DNA from: Botryllus schlosseri
Taxonomy: Eukaryota
Assembly (NCBI GenBank): GCA_051294905.1
Contig: CM119371.1
Coordinates: forward strand, 7,628,001 to 7,692,000
DNA length: 64,000 nt
Direction: 5' to 3'
The notes below the pieces were generated by a model that saw only the letters and a list, made by a program, of their open reading frames with translations, had not been told where the DNA came from and did no database searches. This document shows, piece after piece, positions 12,920 through 25,131 of the stretch. A program made the position numbers and the translations under genes. Position 1 is the first letter of the stretch, and every line of letters begins with the position of its first letter.

Positions 12920-13632
12920 ACTATAGGACTACCAATTATGGTGCTTTTAGCCGGCTCAGCAGTATGCATCTGGGCGTATTCAACCGTGAGTCACGTGTTG
13001 CACATCTAGTTATCACAGGGTTACCATACGTCCTCTTTTAAGATGATTTGTGCTCTTTTTTGATTTTTTAAAAGTGTCCTCGGTGGACGGCCAAATGTCT
13101 TATTTTTTGAGATTTTGTCTTTTTTTTTGAGGATTTTGGTTACATATAGGGCCAAATTCGACTGATATACATTAAGTCAGCACTGTAGGAACGCTATGGC
13201 TGCTATTTCGGGAGCTGGACCGGAAAGTTTACCTTTTTTCAGGCAACCACCTGTTAATGTAAAAGAAAAACTGTATTTTCCGGGAGTTGAGCCTCTTTTT
13301 CTTTTTTAGTCAAGCGACCACGAAGTGGGAAAAGGTTACCATTTTCTCAGGATTTTCCTCCAGTTTTGAAAGTTATCAATACCTATTTATATCTATAGCT
13401 ACTGCTCGTTGAACTGGAAAGTTAGGGCACATTGCATTGAAACAGCAGTGACGTAACGTTAGCAGTCTATACTCACAATTTTCCTGCGATTCTATAATTA
13501 AAAACTACAGAGGTCAAGCCAAGCAAGAGTATTTTATAAATATAAATTTTATTTTTTGTCATAAATCAATTTCCTAATATATTTTGGGGGGCCGCAAGAA
13601 GGCTCTCTGGGGGCCGCGCCTGGGAATCACTG
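12920..13632. mobile_element. Right half of hAT-type element (same family as 58964-60977) with a nested GGGTTACCATA MITE fragment
   Basis: 12920-13010 matches ~59285-59372 and 13380-13632 matches ~60715-60977; ends GGGAATCACTG. Confidence 0.6.
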
Positions 13633-15064
13633 GTTTAGAGTGTTATCGAAATATGGACCCAAAGCAGTTAATCGCGAAAACGCAAATGCAAAACCATCAT
13701 AAGCGCAGGTTCTACGGCCAAAACGATAATTCACACAAAATCCGTGGCTGCACTGCACTGTATAACTTCTGAATTAAACACCCCGTGCCACCAAAAAACC
13801 CCAGGTGGTGATTTAGGCTAATATTAATGAACCTAATTCCGACATCTGCGTTTACGTCTAAATGTTTTGTATCCATAACAACGCACACGCAGGGCTAATA
13901 TCTGCGCACTCTACGGCTTAAATAAAGGCAGCACACAAATATGCTAACTTATATAGTCGCTCATTGCGAATAAAGGCGTTGTTAGAATAGAACCTCTATG
14001 GTCCGTAAAACAGCTGACTTTGAACAATAACAGCAACAACAATGTGCTTAGACTGAAATTAGTTTCATCATTTTGAAATGCTTTACCAAGCGTTATTCCG
14101 AAATATCACATCATACATAAGTCTTGGGCCGCAAAATGTGACATCGCGGCCGCGTGTTCGCGACCCCTGAGCTAGAGAATGAAGTATTCAAGTGGAAAAC
14201 CAGGGTACGAATTTGGATGGAAGAAACATTTGGCATCAATTGACTGATACTGAGCGCAAGCGTTGTCTTTTGCCTTCCGTACTGCGAATGCCTTTTCACT
14301 CGGGAGTACTACGTTTCGAATAAACATATAGCCTACCACTATTTGGATATGTCGATCTGATTCAATGAATAGTCAATTGTGAAGCAAATCCTAGTATTAA
14401 TGCGTTTATTGATGCATTCGCACGTTCGCTTCTGCGTAACTCATGCATATTAACCAACAGAACAGCACGAGAGAATTGAAAAAGTGAAGCACATTTCAAG
14501 ATGAGTACACCAACTGAATTTCTTTCAGCGTGCTTGTACGATGAAGTGCTATTCATAATGCGGTAAAAAAGATGATGGTTTTGCAAACTTCATCATTTTA
14601 GCCAACTCAACAGCCAACATATGTGTTTTACATGTTCTGATCTGAATAAAGTTGACATCTCATCCAAGTGACGCGTGCAAAATTATCGTTAGAAAATGCC
14701 AACCCAAATCCTTGCTACTTGTTGGTATATGATACACATCGATATGACCATTTGTTAGCTGACATCAGATATTTTGGCCGCCAGAATAAACCGTCCAAGT
14801 AGTTCGTATGCTTGGTAAAATAAGTCGCTAGCGGTGGTCAAAACAATATGAAAGAATGAAAGCTTTACGATGTCAAATATTTGTATTAGTAGTACACACG
14901 CAATACCACCACTTTTCATTTATCGATCGTTCTCGTTCTGCAAATGGGTCTTCAAGTTGAAAAGTCTGTAAAGAGTAGGACATCTCGTTGACCAGACTAT
15001 CGAACATAACGCGATGCACTTGTCGCTCTCAGTTATTGATGGCGGTAACGAGTAATCTGAAAGC

Positions 15065-15475
15065 AATTGAATAGTATCTTCATAGTGAAATGAACCCGCG
15101 TATTTTCGGCTGACACTCGTCAAGGGTAATCGTCAGCAACTAGTAGAGAATTCAAAAGAACAGCGTATATCAACAATCGTAACACAAAATATGACGTCAC
15201 CAGCACGGAATGTCGCATACGAGAGCGTCTAATGTACTATTTTTAGATGATACACGAACTCTTTTTGTTGACACAGCCACTTCGTGTATCATTTAAAAAT
15301 AGTACATTAAACGCTCTCGTATTCGACATTCCGTACTGGTGACGTCATATTTTGTGTTACGATTGTTGATATACGCAGTTCTTTTGAATTCTCTACTAGT
15401 TGTTGACGATTACCCCTGACGAGTGTCAGCCGAAAATATTCGGGTTCATTTCAATATGAATACACTATTCAACTG
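15065..15475. mobile_element. ~410-bp fold-back (~195-bp arms, ~22-bp loop), Penelope-like terminal-repeat fragments
   Basis: Arms are reverse complements; each carries a hammerhead-like motif; related to 30047-30395. Confidence 0.6.
15412..15445 (+). ncRNA. Minimal type-I hammerhead ribozyme motif
   Basis: accc-CTGACGA-gtgtcagcc-GAAA-atat-TC-gggt: core boxes intact, helix I ACCC/GGGT, palindromic helix III AATATT. Confidence 0.6.
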
Positions 15476-15899
15476 TATATTGAAGTTCTGTACCTCCAAG
15501 AAGCTGTTCAATCTGAAAGCACTATACATCATTTCTTCCTACAAGCGTTACTCAAGCTTGAGATTATAATTGCACCGGCTGGATTCAATCAAAATCGCCA
15601 CAATTACACAATAAATGAATTGTCGGTAACACACCTAACCAAAGTTCGGAAGATGATAAATAACGTCGTGGTGGATAGTAGAGCAGTCGTGTTTTTAATA
15701 TCCAGATATAAATTTTGGTCGCGATTAAACCAGAGCGGTTGTTTAATATGTCTGTGATATTTGCTGAATTTCTCTCGACAAAAGAATTTGTCTATAGTTT
15801 GTTATTGCACGTGGTTTGATTATGTTACATGGCTTGGTCATGAAAATTTTCCAATGTTGTGTTGCACATATTTGTTTGATGACGTATAGGAGTTATCAG

Positions 15900-16778
15900 T
15901 AGGGCGTTTTTTTTGACATGTCAAAATTTGTTAAAATTTTGTCAAAATTGTAGCGTTTGGTCTAAATGTGTCAAAATTGTTCATTGAGTCAAAAATTGTT
16001 TGACGTCTGCATTTCGTTTTTATCGTAGATTTTGCACTGTCGGTGAACGTATCATTTGATATTTCACAGTTTCAGCCTACTTTATAGGTCTACCGTTGTT
16101 AACGGCTAATTGTCTGCTCATTGTGAATCATAAACGGTCAAATAAATCAAATAGGTGGACATGGTATTATGGTCAACGTACCGCAATATCGTAACTGAAG
16201 AAAGAATTCTTGGGCATTGCATCATTCCTATATTGAGAAGTGCATGATGAAAGATTGTGATGTAGACAACATTGTCAGAATGAAACAACACGGTGTGTCA
16301 CCAGCAGTGTACGCTTAACTCAAGTGTTGTCAGCCAGAACCTGCTTCTGTTGAACGTCCTTGGCAAGTTTCTGAGTAAGGACAAGCACTTTCTACCCAAG
16401 AATGTAGGAAAGTATCCCTCGTTGCATTATAATTTTTTTAAATTATTTCCACCATGATACGTATTGTAACCACTGGAATTCTTCATAGGAACAGATTTCG
16501 TTAAAATATTGTTTTTTTTTCATGTGAAAAGTTGACCGTTTCTAAGCCCAAAATGTTTCTCTCAGGCCAAACGTTAGGACAAACGCCGTTAGGACAGCCA
16601 GTTCCAACCAGAAATGAAGATAAGTGGTACAATTTTACCATTATGAGGAAAAACACCTAATTTGCATACGTTAGGTCAAAATTTGGTAAAAATTCAGTTT
16701 TGTTTAGATTAAAAAAGTCAAAATTTTAATTTTGCAGGTCACAATTTTCCCTTTTTTGTGGTAAAAATAACCGCCCTA
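15900..16778 (+). mobile_element. hAT-like deletion derivative with decayed transposase C-terminus
   Basis: TIR TAGGGCG/CGCCCTA, degenerate 8-bp TSD gttatcag/gctatcac; remnant CCQPEPASVER..LSKDKHFLPKNVGKY resembles the hAT dimerisation region. Other copies at 22678-23400 and 47656-52440. Confidence 0.65.
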
Positions 16779-17533
16779 GCTATCACATATCAGATTCTTT
16801 ATAACTGTAATTGGTCTGGGGAATCCTCAGGCAGTAATATACGCAACTTAGAATTTTTTAATGCGCATAATCTCCAGAAATAAATCGAACTGCTTTCGAA
16901 GTTGTGAAAGAACGGCCTAATAATAGTAGAGTTTAACGGCTTTTCATACCGTTGGGATGGATTCATCTATATGGGTGTAACACGTGCGAGTGCGGGACTG
17001 TTATAGACACAGATATTTCGGAATCGACCCTTATCGCGCCAGGAATGTGTAGACATGAAGTTTTGATCATCATGCAGCACAAGGGGCTTGGGCTGCAAAG
17101 ACCGAGGGCGATAAAACCGTAAACCAAAATGACCCGCGCTGGTTGCCCAAAACCTTCCATATGGATATGACTATTCGTCGGATTAGTCAGCACTGAATAG
17201 TTCCGTCTTTGGAATATGAGCCTCGCACAGGAAATTATTGCACCCAATTTAAACTACTACTTTTTACCGTAGGTCACGGTTTACCAACATGCCTCATCAA
17301 GTAATTACCAAAAATGTCCAAAGTGTGAAATCAATCGCTAATTTCGATGATCCATGTTTCACCAGCAGGCTTTAAACGTCACGCAAATTTCGTGAAAAAA
17401 GGTTTGAGACCTTGATATACGCACAGAGTTCAATAGAAAAGAGTTGTGCCTAAATAACAATATACGAGAGAAAGTTCATGCGACATCAACCTCTCTAGAC
17501 CAATAACGTTTTTTTTGTGATGAATCAAGTTAC

Positions 17534-17763
17534 CAGACGTGGTCGAATTAGTCACCGTCACTACTCAAGTAAAACTAGATGAAACGCCGGAATTTCTACT
17601 CAAGTAGAATTAGGAGTGGTGGGCCACAAGTATATAAGTAAGTAAGTAGGTATTATACGCTTATTTTTGCCCAAAAAACTGAAAACTATCAGATAGTGTG
17701 AGTAGGCAAAATCTTCTTACAGTACATAAAAAAGTAGAAGTACTTCATTACTGACCACCTCTG
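17534..17763. mobile_element. MITE with 8-bp TSD
   Basis: TIR CAGACGTGGTC/GACCACCTCTG, perfect TSD CAAGTTAC; empty site in the paralogous intron at 63420-63427. Confidence 0.85.
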
Positions 17764-18117
17764 CAAGTTACGTAGGATTACGTTTCGTACAACAAATTGT
17801 CGGCAGCTTCCCTACTTTATGCATGCCCGTAAGCCCCGCCATACTAATTTACTAACATCAGAAATGCATTCATTTCAATGTGTGACGCTTGGATCGCGAG
17901 ATGCCAACAAGACTCAGATTTGAGTCTTGGTTTAATAAGTTCAAGAACCACTGGTTTAGCAGATGCCCGTGTCGCTTCGAACATAATTACACCAAACCAT
18001 GTTTCGATTATTAGCGTCCGGAAATTAGATTAAACAGCTGCCTATTTCATACTTTAAATTTTGAAAGAATTTAGTAAACGGTAACCTTCTAACACTCCGA
18101 TCCTCGGTATTCTACAG

Positions 18118-18218
18118 ATCCACTCGGGTCGAATAACAATCCAGCTCAAAGCTGTAAGGAATTGAAGAGACATGATCCTAAACTCAGAAATGGACTGTAC
18201 TACATCGTCGACAAGGAG
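18118..18218 (+). CDS. itln: Intelectin A, coding exon 2
   Basis: ag/gt bounded, 101 bp, phase 1-0: DPLGSNNNPAQSCKELKRHDPKLRNGLYYIVDKE, matching the intelectin SCKE..GLY start of the fibrinogen-like domain. Confidence 0.9.
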
Positions 18219-19146
18219 GTAAGTATTGGTCTGATAACTTCACAATTGTTGTGAAGTAGCAATGTGAATACGCAATCGTCATTTCCATCTTGTTTCTTAA
18301 CGATATGTTTGTATAACAAGAGAGCCATCTCGACTAACGTCTCTGAAACGCTTCAAGCTTGCTATAGCTTTCACGTGCCGAATATGAGGTCACATTGACA
18401 TATTGATTATATATATCTTTCGCTGACGACGCACAGATTCGTCATGCAAAAAAGTACATTTATATTCTCTCACAATCCTTTTGCTATCGCTGAGGACCCT
18501 GCGTGACGGGACCCGTTGCGGAGATTGTGTTTTGATCATACCTGATGCATTCATATGGTTGGGATACAACAAAGTAAACCCAGTACGTCTGTAATTAAAA
18601 CGAAGGAGCTCTACACAGCATATGCCCCTAAGATTCTGAAGGAAAGAAGTCGTTGATTTTTGTGGAGCAGTGCGTGGAAAGAAACTGGTGCATAAACTTG
18701 GCTATTTCTAGGTGTATCGTATTTTGCATATTCAACATACGAAATCTTTTGAGTATTGAGTCATTGATGAAACATGCACGCCCTGTTGGCGCCCAAGCGG
18801 TGATGTTCGCCTGATGAAAGTACATTCTTATTCGCAACACTCCGGCAATTAATGCCATGCCGTATAACTTTGTTCGGAACAAAGACCACCATAAGAACAT
18901 TAGGAATTCAGAGCGATAGGAATCTCATAAGGTAGTGGAACAGATCACACCCCCGGGATAATTTGGCATTAAAGGACTCAAGGCCCTTGTGACTCAACAA
19001 TCATGATCTACGTCAAAGTAAATGGTTCGATTTATCTAATTATCCAATGCGTTTTAATAAATTCTCAAACCATATCCAAATTCTGTCATGTAAACATGAA
19101 ACTTCATCGGAGAACAAGAAACACTGGTTGGCGTGTATTCTTTCAG

Positions 19147-19451
19147 GGAGACGTCTTCCAAACTTACTGCGACATGGCAGTTGGTGGTGGAGGGTGGACT
19201 CTTGTCGCTTCGATCCACGAAAACAACATAAAAGGACGGTGTACTGCAGGTGATCGCTGGTCTAGCGAGCAAGGCGTCAGTGCTCACCATCCCCACGGAG
19301 ACGGATTTTGGGAAAATCGCGCGACGCACGGGAGAGCAATATCAGCCACCAACGACGACTACAAAAATTCAGCCTATTTCAACATGTACGCTGGCGACAT
19401 TATGATCTGGCATGTTCCGAATGGCACGCCTCTTCACGACTTCGAAAACAG
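19147..19451 (+). CDS. itln: Intelectin A, coding exon 3
   Basis: 305 bp, ag/gt: GDVFQTYCDMAVGGGGWTLVASIHENN..GDRWSSEQG..DDYKN..IWHVPN, hallmark intelectin motifs. Confidence 0.96.
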
Positions 19452-19593
19452 GTGGGCAAGCATGGTGATATAACAAAATAAATGAAATTTTAGTGATTCA
19501 CGCTTGTGCCCCTTTTAGAAGTATAACTTTCGAATCGACTCACTATAAATATCATCATGGTCTTATAGTGACGGGAAATTTCGATGAAATTCC

Positions 19594-20194
19594 CAGGGTT
19601 GTAACCAAGTCACAAGGCTCCGAATCACAAGTCAATCTCACTTTTATAGTTTTGACTCGAGTCAAGTCGAGTCATTTCAATTCACCCCCGAGTTAAGTCC
19701 GAGTCCAAGTCAGCGAGCAGAGGGTCGAGTCCGAGTCAGGGAGTCATGACTCGAGTCCGACTCCAAGTCATTGTGTAGACTGCTCAGTTCCCAGCTAAAG
19801 TCTTGGTAAACCCACTTTTTATGACTCTGTTTCGTGATATCGAATGTTTCGCATCTATGATATACCAATTTTCCTCACTTTTAGCAGTTTCTGGTGGCAT
19901 ATTCAAGTACCAGTACCAAAAGACGAAATCCCAATAGTGTGTTGGCTTCGGAATTACGATGAAATGTCGGTCTTGGCCGTCTGAGTCTCGAGTCATATAA
20001 CTTGGACCGAGTCAGGGTTGCAATGACTCGACTTGACGGGAGTCATTTTCTCAAATTACGGAAATGACTCGATTCGACTCGAGTCAATCTGCGTAATAAC
20101 TAGAGTCCAAGTCGAGTCATTTCCGTATTTTGAAAAAATGACTCGAGTCAAGTCGAGTCATTAGAAAATCGTGACTCGGGTCATTACAACCCTG
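19594..20194. mobile_element. hAT-type MITE rich in GACTCGAGTC
   Basis: TIR CAGGGTTGTAA/TTACAACCCTG, TSD gaaattcc/gcaattcc; second copy 49117-49659. Confidence 0.85.
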
Positions 20195-21670
20195 GCAATT
20201 CCACCCAAAAAACATTCTTGATGCTTCATTTCTGCGTAAATTGTCATGACAAGTTGACCCGAATTTCATGTCAACGTCGGTGGTAGCCAGACGCGCTCAT
20301 GCTGTGACGAAGTACTTCCACGCTTTCAGAGTACTCAAGGTAGTTTTGCCCACGTGCAATATTTACTGAAATGGTTATATTTCAGACTAATTCCAGTTCC
20401 GCCCCACAGTTTGTTAATTGAAACTACTCACTCTTTATACTTTTGGATTTGAAGTATAGAAATCAGTCCCGGGGCACGTTTCTATCTAACTTATGGCTGT
20501 ATTTGTGAACCATCTGGACAAAATAGCCCCTATAATAAGGTACCTGAACATAATTTCGAAAATTGGGTCTATTTTTAATGTTAATATTCAATTTTTGTTT
20601 GTCTACCTTATAATTCTAAAAGTAGTTATTCAGTTGTTACTTTCGCTTTACGTAGTTTTGAAAACCGCTACCTCTGTGTCTATACTTGAGCACCAACGAT
20701 AACAACCCTTACCGCCTCTGGTGGTAACTGATTATGGATTTGGCTAAATTGCCATAACAATTGATGATGAATATATTTTTATTTTTATTGATATTATTTA
20801 TAATTATCTTTATAATATTATAGCGCACCCGATACGGTGTAGAAAGCAATATCGGCAACGCGGGTGTGTTCCTGGGCTCAGGATCTCGTCTTTTCGAGAT
20901 TGCCGCCCATTCGCACCCGCACTCGTAAACGAAACGCCCAACAACACACGCAAGTCTATTCAATTATATATAACATTACTTTAATGACACAATAATTGCG
21001 ATGTACACAAACTGATAAAGAAAAACGCACGACCTGCCGATACGAGACATTCATACAGCAACTGAACTTCACACAAACCTATTTCCGACACCTTGGTCTA
21101 AACCTACATCAACAGCAGCATTGCCGTTTACAATCGAGTACGGACTTCCAACGCGACGACATCACTCCCTACGTCAGGCCTGCATGGGTAAAGTGCGGCC
21201 CGCGGGCCAAATTTCCCCCGCGGAGTGGTGTATGGTCATCTATGGTAATTCAAGTCGAGATGTTCAAAATCGAGTATCTGATTGATTCTATTCTGAATCG
21301 AGAATAAGGCTTCGAGTCGGGTTATTTATCACTCAGTATGGCGTCACAGCAGTATAGATGAGTTTGTCCGGTAAATGCAAACCCTTCATGCGAGCATATT
21401 GAAGATTGCGAGTTCTCCACCAAATTCAGGATGGTGATATTGGGGAAAATTATAGGAATGCGTTTTGAGACAATTCTGTAGTTTTATCATTACACTGGAA
21501 TGTGTTTTTCTGACATGATATGTTGGATGCTTTGATACGACCGATCAAGGCTTTCGCGATGGGCAGAAAGTATCGAAAATACCATTTTTAATCTTCGAAA
21601 ACTCGTCTGTCACTACTCGACTCAATCCATTACAATTATTATTCGAGTGCCCGAATAACAGCCCTAACTT

Positions 21671-22040
21671 TAGGGTTACCATATTTTGGAATCCGGGAAG
21701 TAGGACAATTTTTCAAAATCATAAAAGTTAGTTTACCGAAACTGAAAACAGCTGATTTTGAAATATATTACCAGATTTTTACGTTACTTTTGAGGTGTTA
21801 ACTAAAAATATGGTGATCACTATGATTCGACTCTCAGATTACTTGCTCTAACGTCCGCATGACCTATTTTGCGTCATTTATGCCGATTTTCAGTTGAATT
21901 TGTCCATTGTCCTAGCTGTAAAATCTGGAAAGGATGACGAATCGCCGAAGAGGAGGTCATTTATTCGTCTTCGGAGGACATTTCTGATTCCCCTAAAAAG
22001 GAGGCGAAATCCTTCCAAATGAGGTCGTATGGTAACCCTA
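21671..22040. mobile_element. MITE (TAGGGTTACCATA TIR family)
   Basis: TIRs at both ends, TSD cctaactt/cctcactt. Confidence 0.85.
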
Positions 22041-22251
22041 CCTCACTTTAACCCGTGTCTGACCGTTTATAGCTGCATGGAGACGGGAAGCGTGCATAAA
22101 CTTCCGACACTTGACAAGAGACTGTAGATTCGATCTTTCCCTGATCCACACACCACATGCTTAACGATTGTATTTCATAAAGCACGAATCAGATGCGCAG
22201 CGATGGATCCAAAAAGAAAAAACGAATCTTAAAAGCGCTTTTCATTTTCAG

Positions 22252-22474
22252 GGCGCTCATGAAATACTACACCAACAACGGATTCCTACCTACCTTCGGT
22301 GGCAATCTTGCAACTTTGTACTCTGATCATTACCAAATAAGACACGGGCAATATGTGAAAAACGTTGACAACGGTCCAGCTATACCAGTGGTGTGGGCAA
22401 AAGGAAACTCGGACTATTATTTGAGTATGCTGGGTCCGAGATCAAGAGCTGAAGTTGATGGCGGATATGTGCAA
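22252..22474 (+). CDS. itln: Intelectin A, coding exon 4
   Basis: 223 bp, phase 2-0: ALMKYYTNNGFLPTFGGNL..DNGPAIPVVW..GGYVQ. Confidence 0.95.
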
Positions 22475-22677
22475 GTAAATTATTTCCATCCTGAGTCTTC
22501 TAACCAGTGGAAACTTCCTCTATTTATACCTGCATTCAGTCGACTGTTCAGTGTTCACGCATAGCATCAATTTGTCTATATCCATTTGTTAACGTAATCA
22601 AGAACGACGACACGGAGATTATAGATAATTTGACACCTGACGAAAGTAAATTCAAATTGTGTCAGAATGGATATAAG

Positions 22678-23400
22678 TAGGGCGATTTAATTGGACATAT
22701 CAATATAAGTCAAATTTGTAGCGTTAGGTCACAAAATTGTCAAAAGTATTTACAAAGTAAAATTTTCTGCAACCTGCTTTTCGTTTGTACAGTAGATGTT
22801 TGCACTGTCGGTGAACTTATCATTTGACATTTCAAAGCTTGTAGCCTACCTTATAGGCCTACCGTTGTAGACGGCTCATTGTCTGCTCATTGTGAACCAT
22901 AAACAGTCAAATGAAACAAATAGGTTGACATGATGTTATGATCAACGTACCGCAATGTTTTGACTGAAGCAAGACTGCGTGGGCATTGGTTCTCATATCA
23001 AGCAGCGCACGATGAAAAATAGTGATGTAGACAACATTGTCAGAACGAAGTAACACGGCGTGTCAGTGTTTCCACCGAAAAACTGCTGTTGCTGAACGTT
23101 CCTTCTCCATTCTTGGCAAGCTACTAATTAAGGACAGACATTTCCTACTCGATATTGTTGGAAAGTAGGCCCTATCTGTCGCTGGACTACAACAAATTTT
23201 GATTATTTCTAACATAATGCGTGATGTAACTACTCGAATTCTTCCCAGGTCCAGACTTCATTAAAATAAAGTTTTTTCATGTTAAAATTGGTCAGTTTTT
23301 TAGTCAAAAAAGTTTACATACATGAGGTCAAAATTTGGTCGAAATCAAGCTTTTAAAGGTCAAAATCTTCCAATTTTAGGTAGAAAAATAGGCCTAGTTA
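22678..23400 (+). mobile_element. Second copy of TAGGGCG hAT-like derivative
   Basis: Aligns with 15900-16778. Confidence 0.6.
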
Positions 23401-24009
23401 TAAGCCTTATATTAGATTGATCAAAAATTCTCAGTGTCGTAGCGGTGATGAAACTGGTGACGTAATACGGTTAAAATTGTTGGTATCTTCACTAAATCAA
23501 AAGTGGAAGCAGTAGTTTCAAAGACTTATTAAAATTATCACAAGTAGATCTAGAAAATGAAAACCTGACAAGTACTCAATAGTACATTTGTACAAGTGTC
23601 AGTAAGTAAATTTGGTCAATGGGTATAGAATAATCTCAGCAGTTCATTGGAGGTCGCCTCTTTATTAATTCCAGGCTGCATCCACGCGCTGGATATCCTA
23701 CGATTCGTATCACGTTATTACTGAAACATTTGGAAAGTGGAACGGGCGCATGTTTTATCGCAAAATCCAAGGCCAAATTCCGCCTGTTGTTAGTAAATAC
23801 GGTAATGGCACGTCCCAAAGCTGCACCAATGGGTTGTGACTTCGACTCCAGAATTTTTACCAACATGTTAGAGGAGGTTTATCTCGACGGCCTATAAGCG
23901 CCATATGACTCTGCAAAAATACTACAAAGAAAACGGACCGTGCCCCCAAGGCGACAGAACAGTAGGCACAGTAAATAATAACGGTCTTGTGTACGAGATA
24001 GATACTATG

Positions 24010-24580
24010 TAGGGATGGTGTGAATGTGAGGTTCACGTTCGAGTTCCGTATGTGAACCCTTGGAATTTATAGGTTCACGATCACAAACGAACATTGGTAG
24101 GTTCTGCACTGTGAACCATTTTCATATGTTACAATTTTCACTACATTCTAACATCTTTGTATGAAATTTATTGCATTTAAACTTCAACTGCGAGCCACTC
24201 TATGCATGGCGATGGCAGCATGAAAAATCAACACAAAACGAGCCTGCACCTTGATGCGTACCCGCGCAGCTTAGAGAGAACATCAAAAGATATCGATTTT
24301 ATGGGATTATTATATCATTTGATTGCCCCTGTAGTTACATTTGGCGACGTTTAAAACATAAGTATATGCACTTCAGCATTGTGACATTATATGGCCCGAG
24401 TCGTCGCAGGTATCGTGTACATTATTATAGTCTACCAGTTCACTGAAATGTAGGGTCGGAATTAGCAATATGAAGTGACGTGACGACATGAGGTTCACGT
24501 TTGTGTTCAGGTTCACACATAACCTTTTTAAAAGGTTCGCATTCACATGAACCTGAACCTTTATTAGGTTCAAATCATCC
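24010..24580. mobile_element. TIR element, AGGGATGGTGTGAA family
   Basis: Same termini and GGTTCA/TGAACC subrepeats as 39376-40316 and ~53067 onward. Confidence 0.65.
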
Positions 24581-24915
24581 GAATTACCAAAACAACAACA
24601 AATCCCGCCATGTATTTGAATTATCGGGTCTCCTCTCTGTTTCTGGCAAATTAAGTTGGCTTAAAATGTAGTTCATAACAGCGAAAATACATTGTCGCAC
24701 GATATGATGCTAGAAATTAACGTCAGAGAATTTCGGACACGCCTATGATCAGGTTGCTTTTTTAAATCACCTACAAATAGCTTAAATGCGTTCAATGATG
24801 TCACCATGATTTTATAATTGAAGTATGTTACTAAGTTTGAAGTGCTTGATTTATAGTTCTACGGTTCTTTAATTTCTCATATCTATGTATTTTTATACCT
24901 ACCTATATTTTCCAG

Positions 24916-25131
24916 TTTCGTGCTATAAATCACCAGAGCGAGGCCTTCGCTCTGTGCCCTGGCGTAAGGATAAAGCCTGGGATGGCAAACGTCGAACACA
25001 TGTGTATTGGAAGCACCAGTCACGGCGTTGTCGTTTACAAAGGAGATTTTTCGTCTTTCGATTACTCTAATCCCGATTGGGCAGCGTCTACAAAGTTGTA
25101 CCAGTCATCGGTTTTGATTTTTTATCGCTGA
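24916..25131 (+). CDS. itln: Intelectin A, last coding exon
   Basis: ccag acceptor, 72 codons: FRAINHQSEAFALCPG..NVEHMCIG..GDFSSFDY..SVLIFYR*, matching the intelectin C-terminus. Confidence 0.94.
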   Translation, partial: FRAINHQSEAFALCPGVRIKPGMANVEHMCIGSTSHGVVVYKGDFSSFDYSNPDWAASTKLYQSSVLIFYR

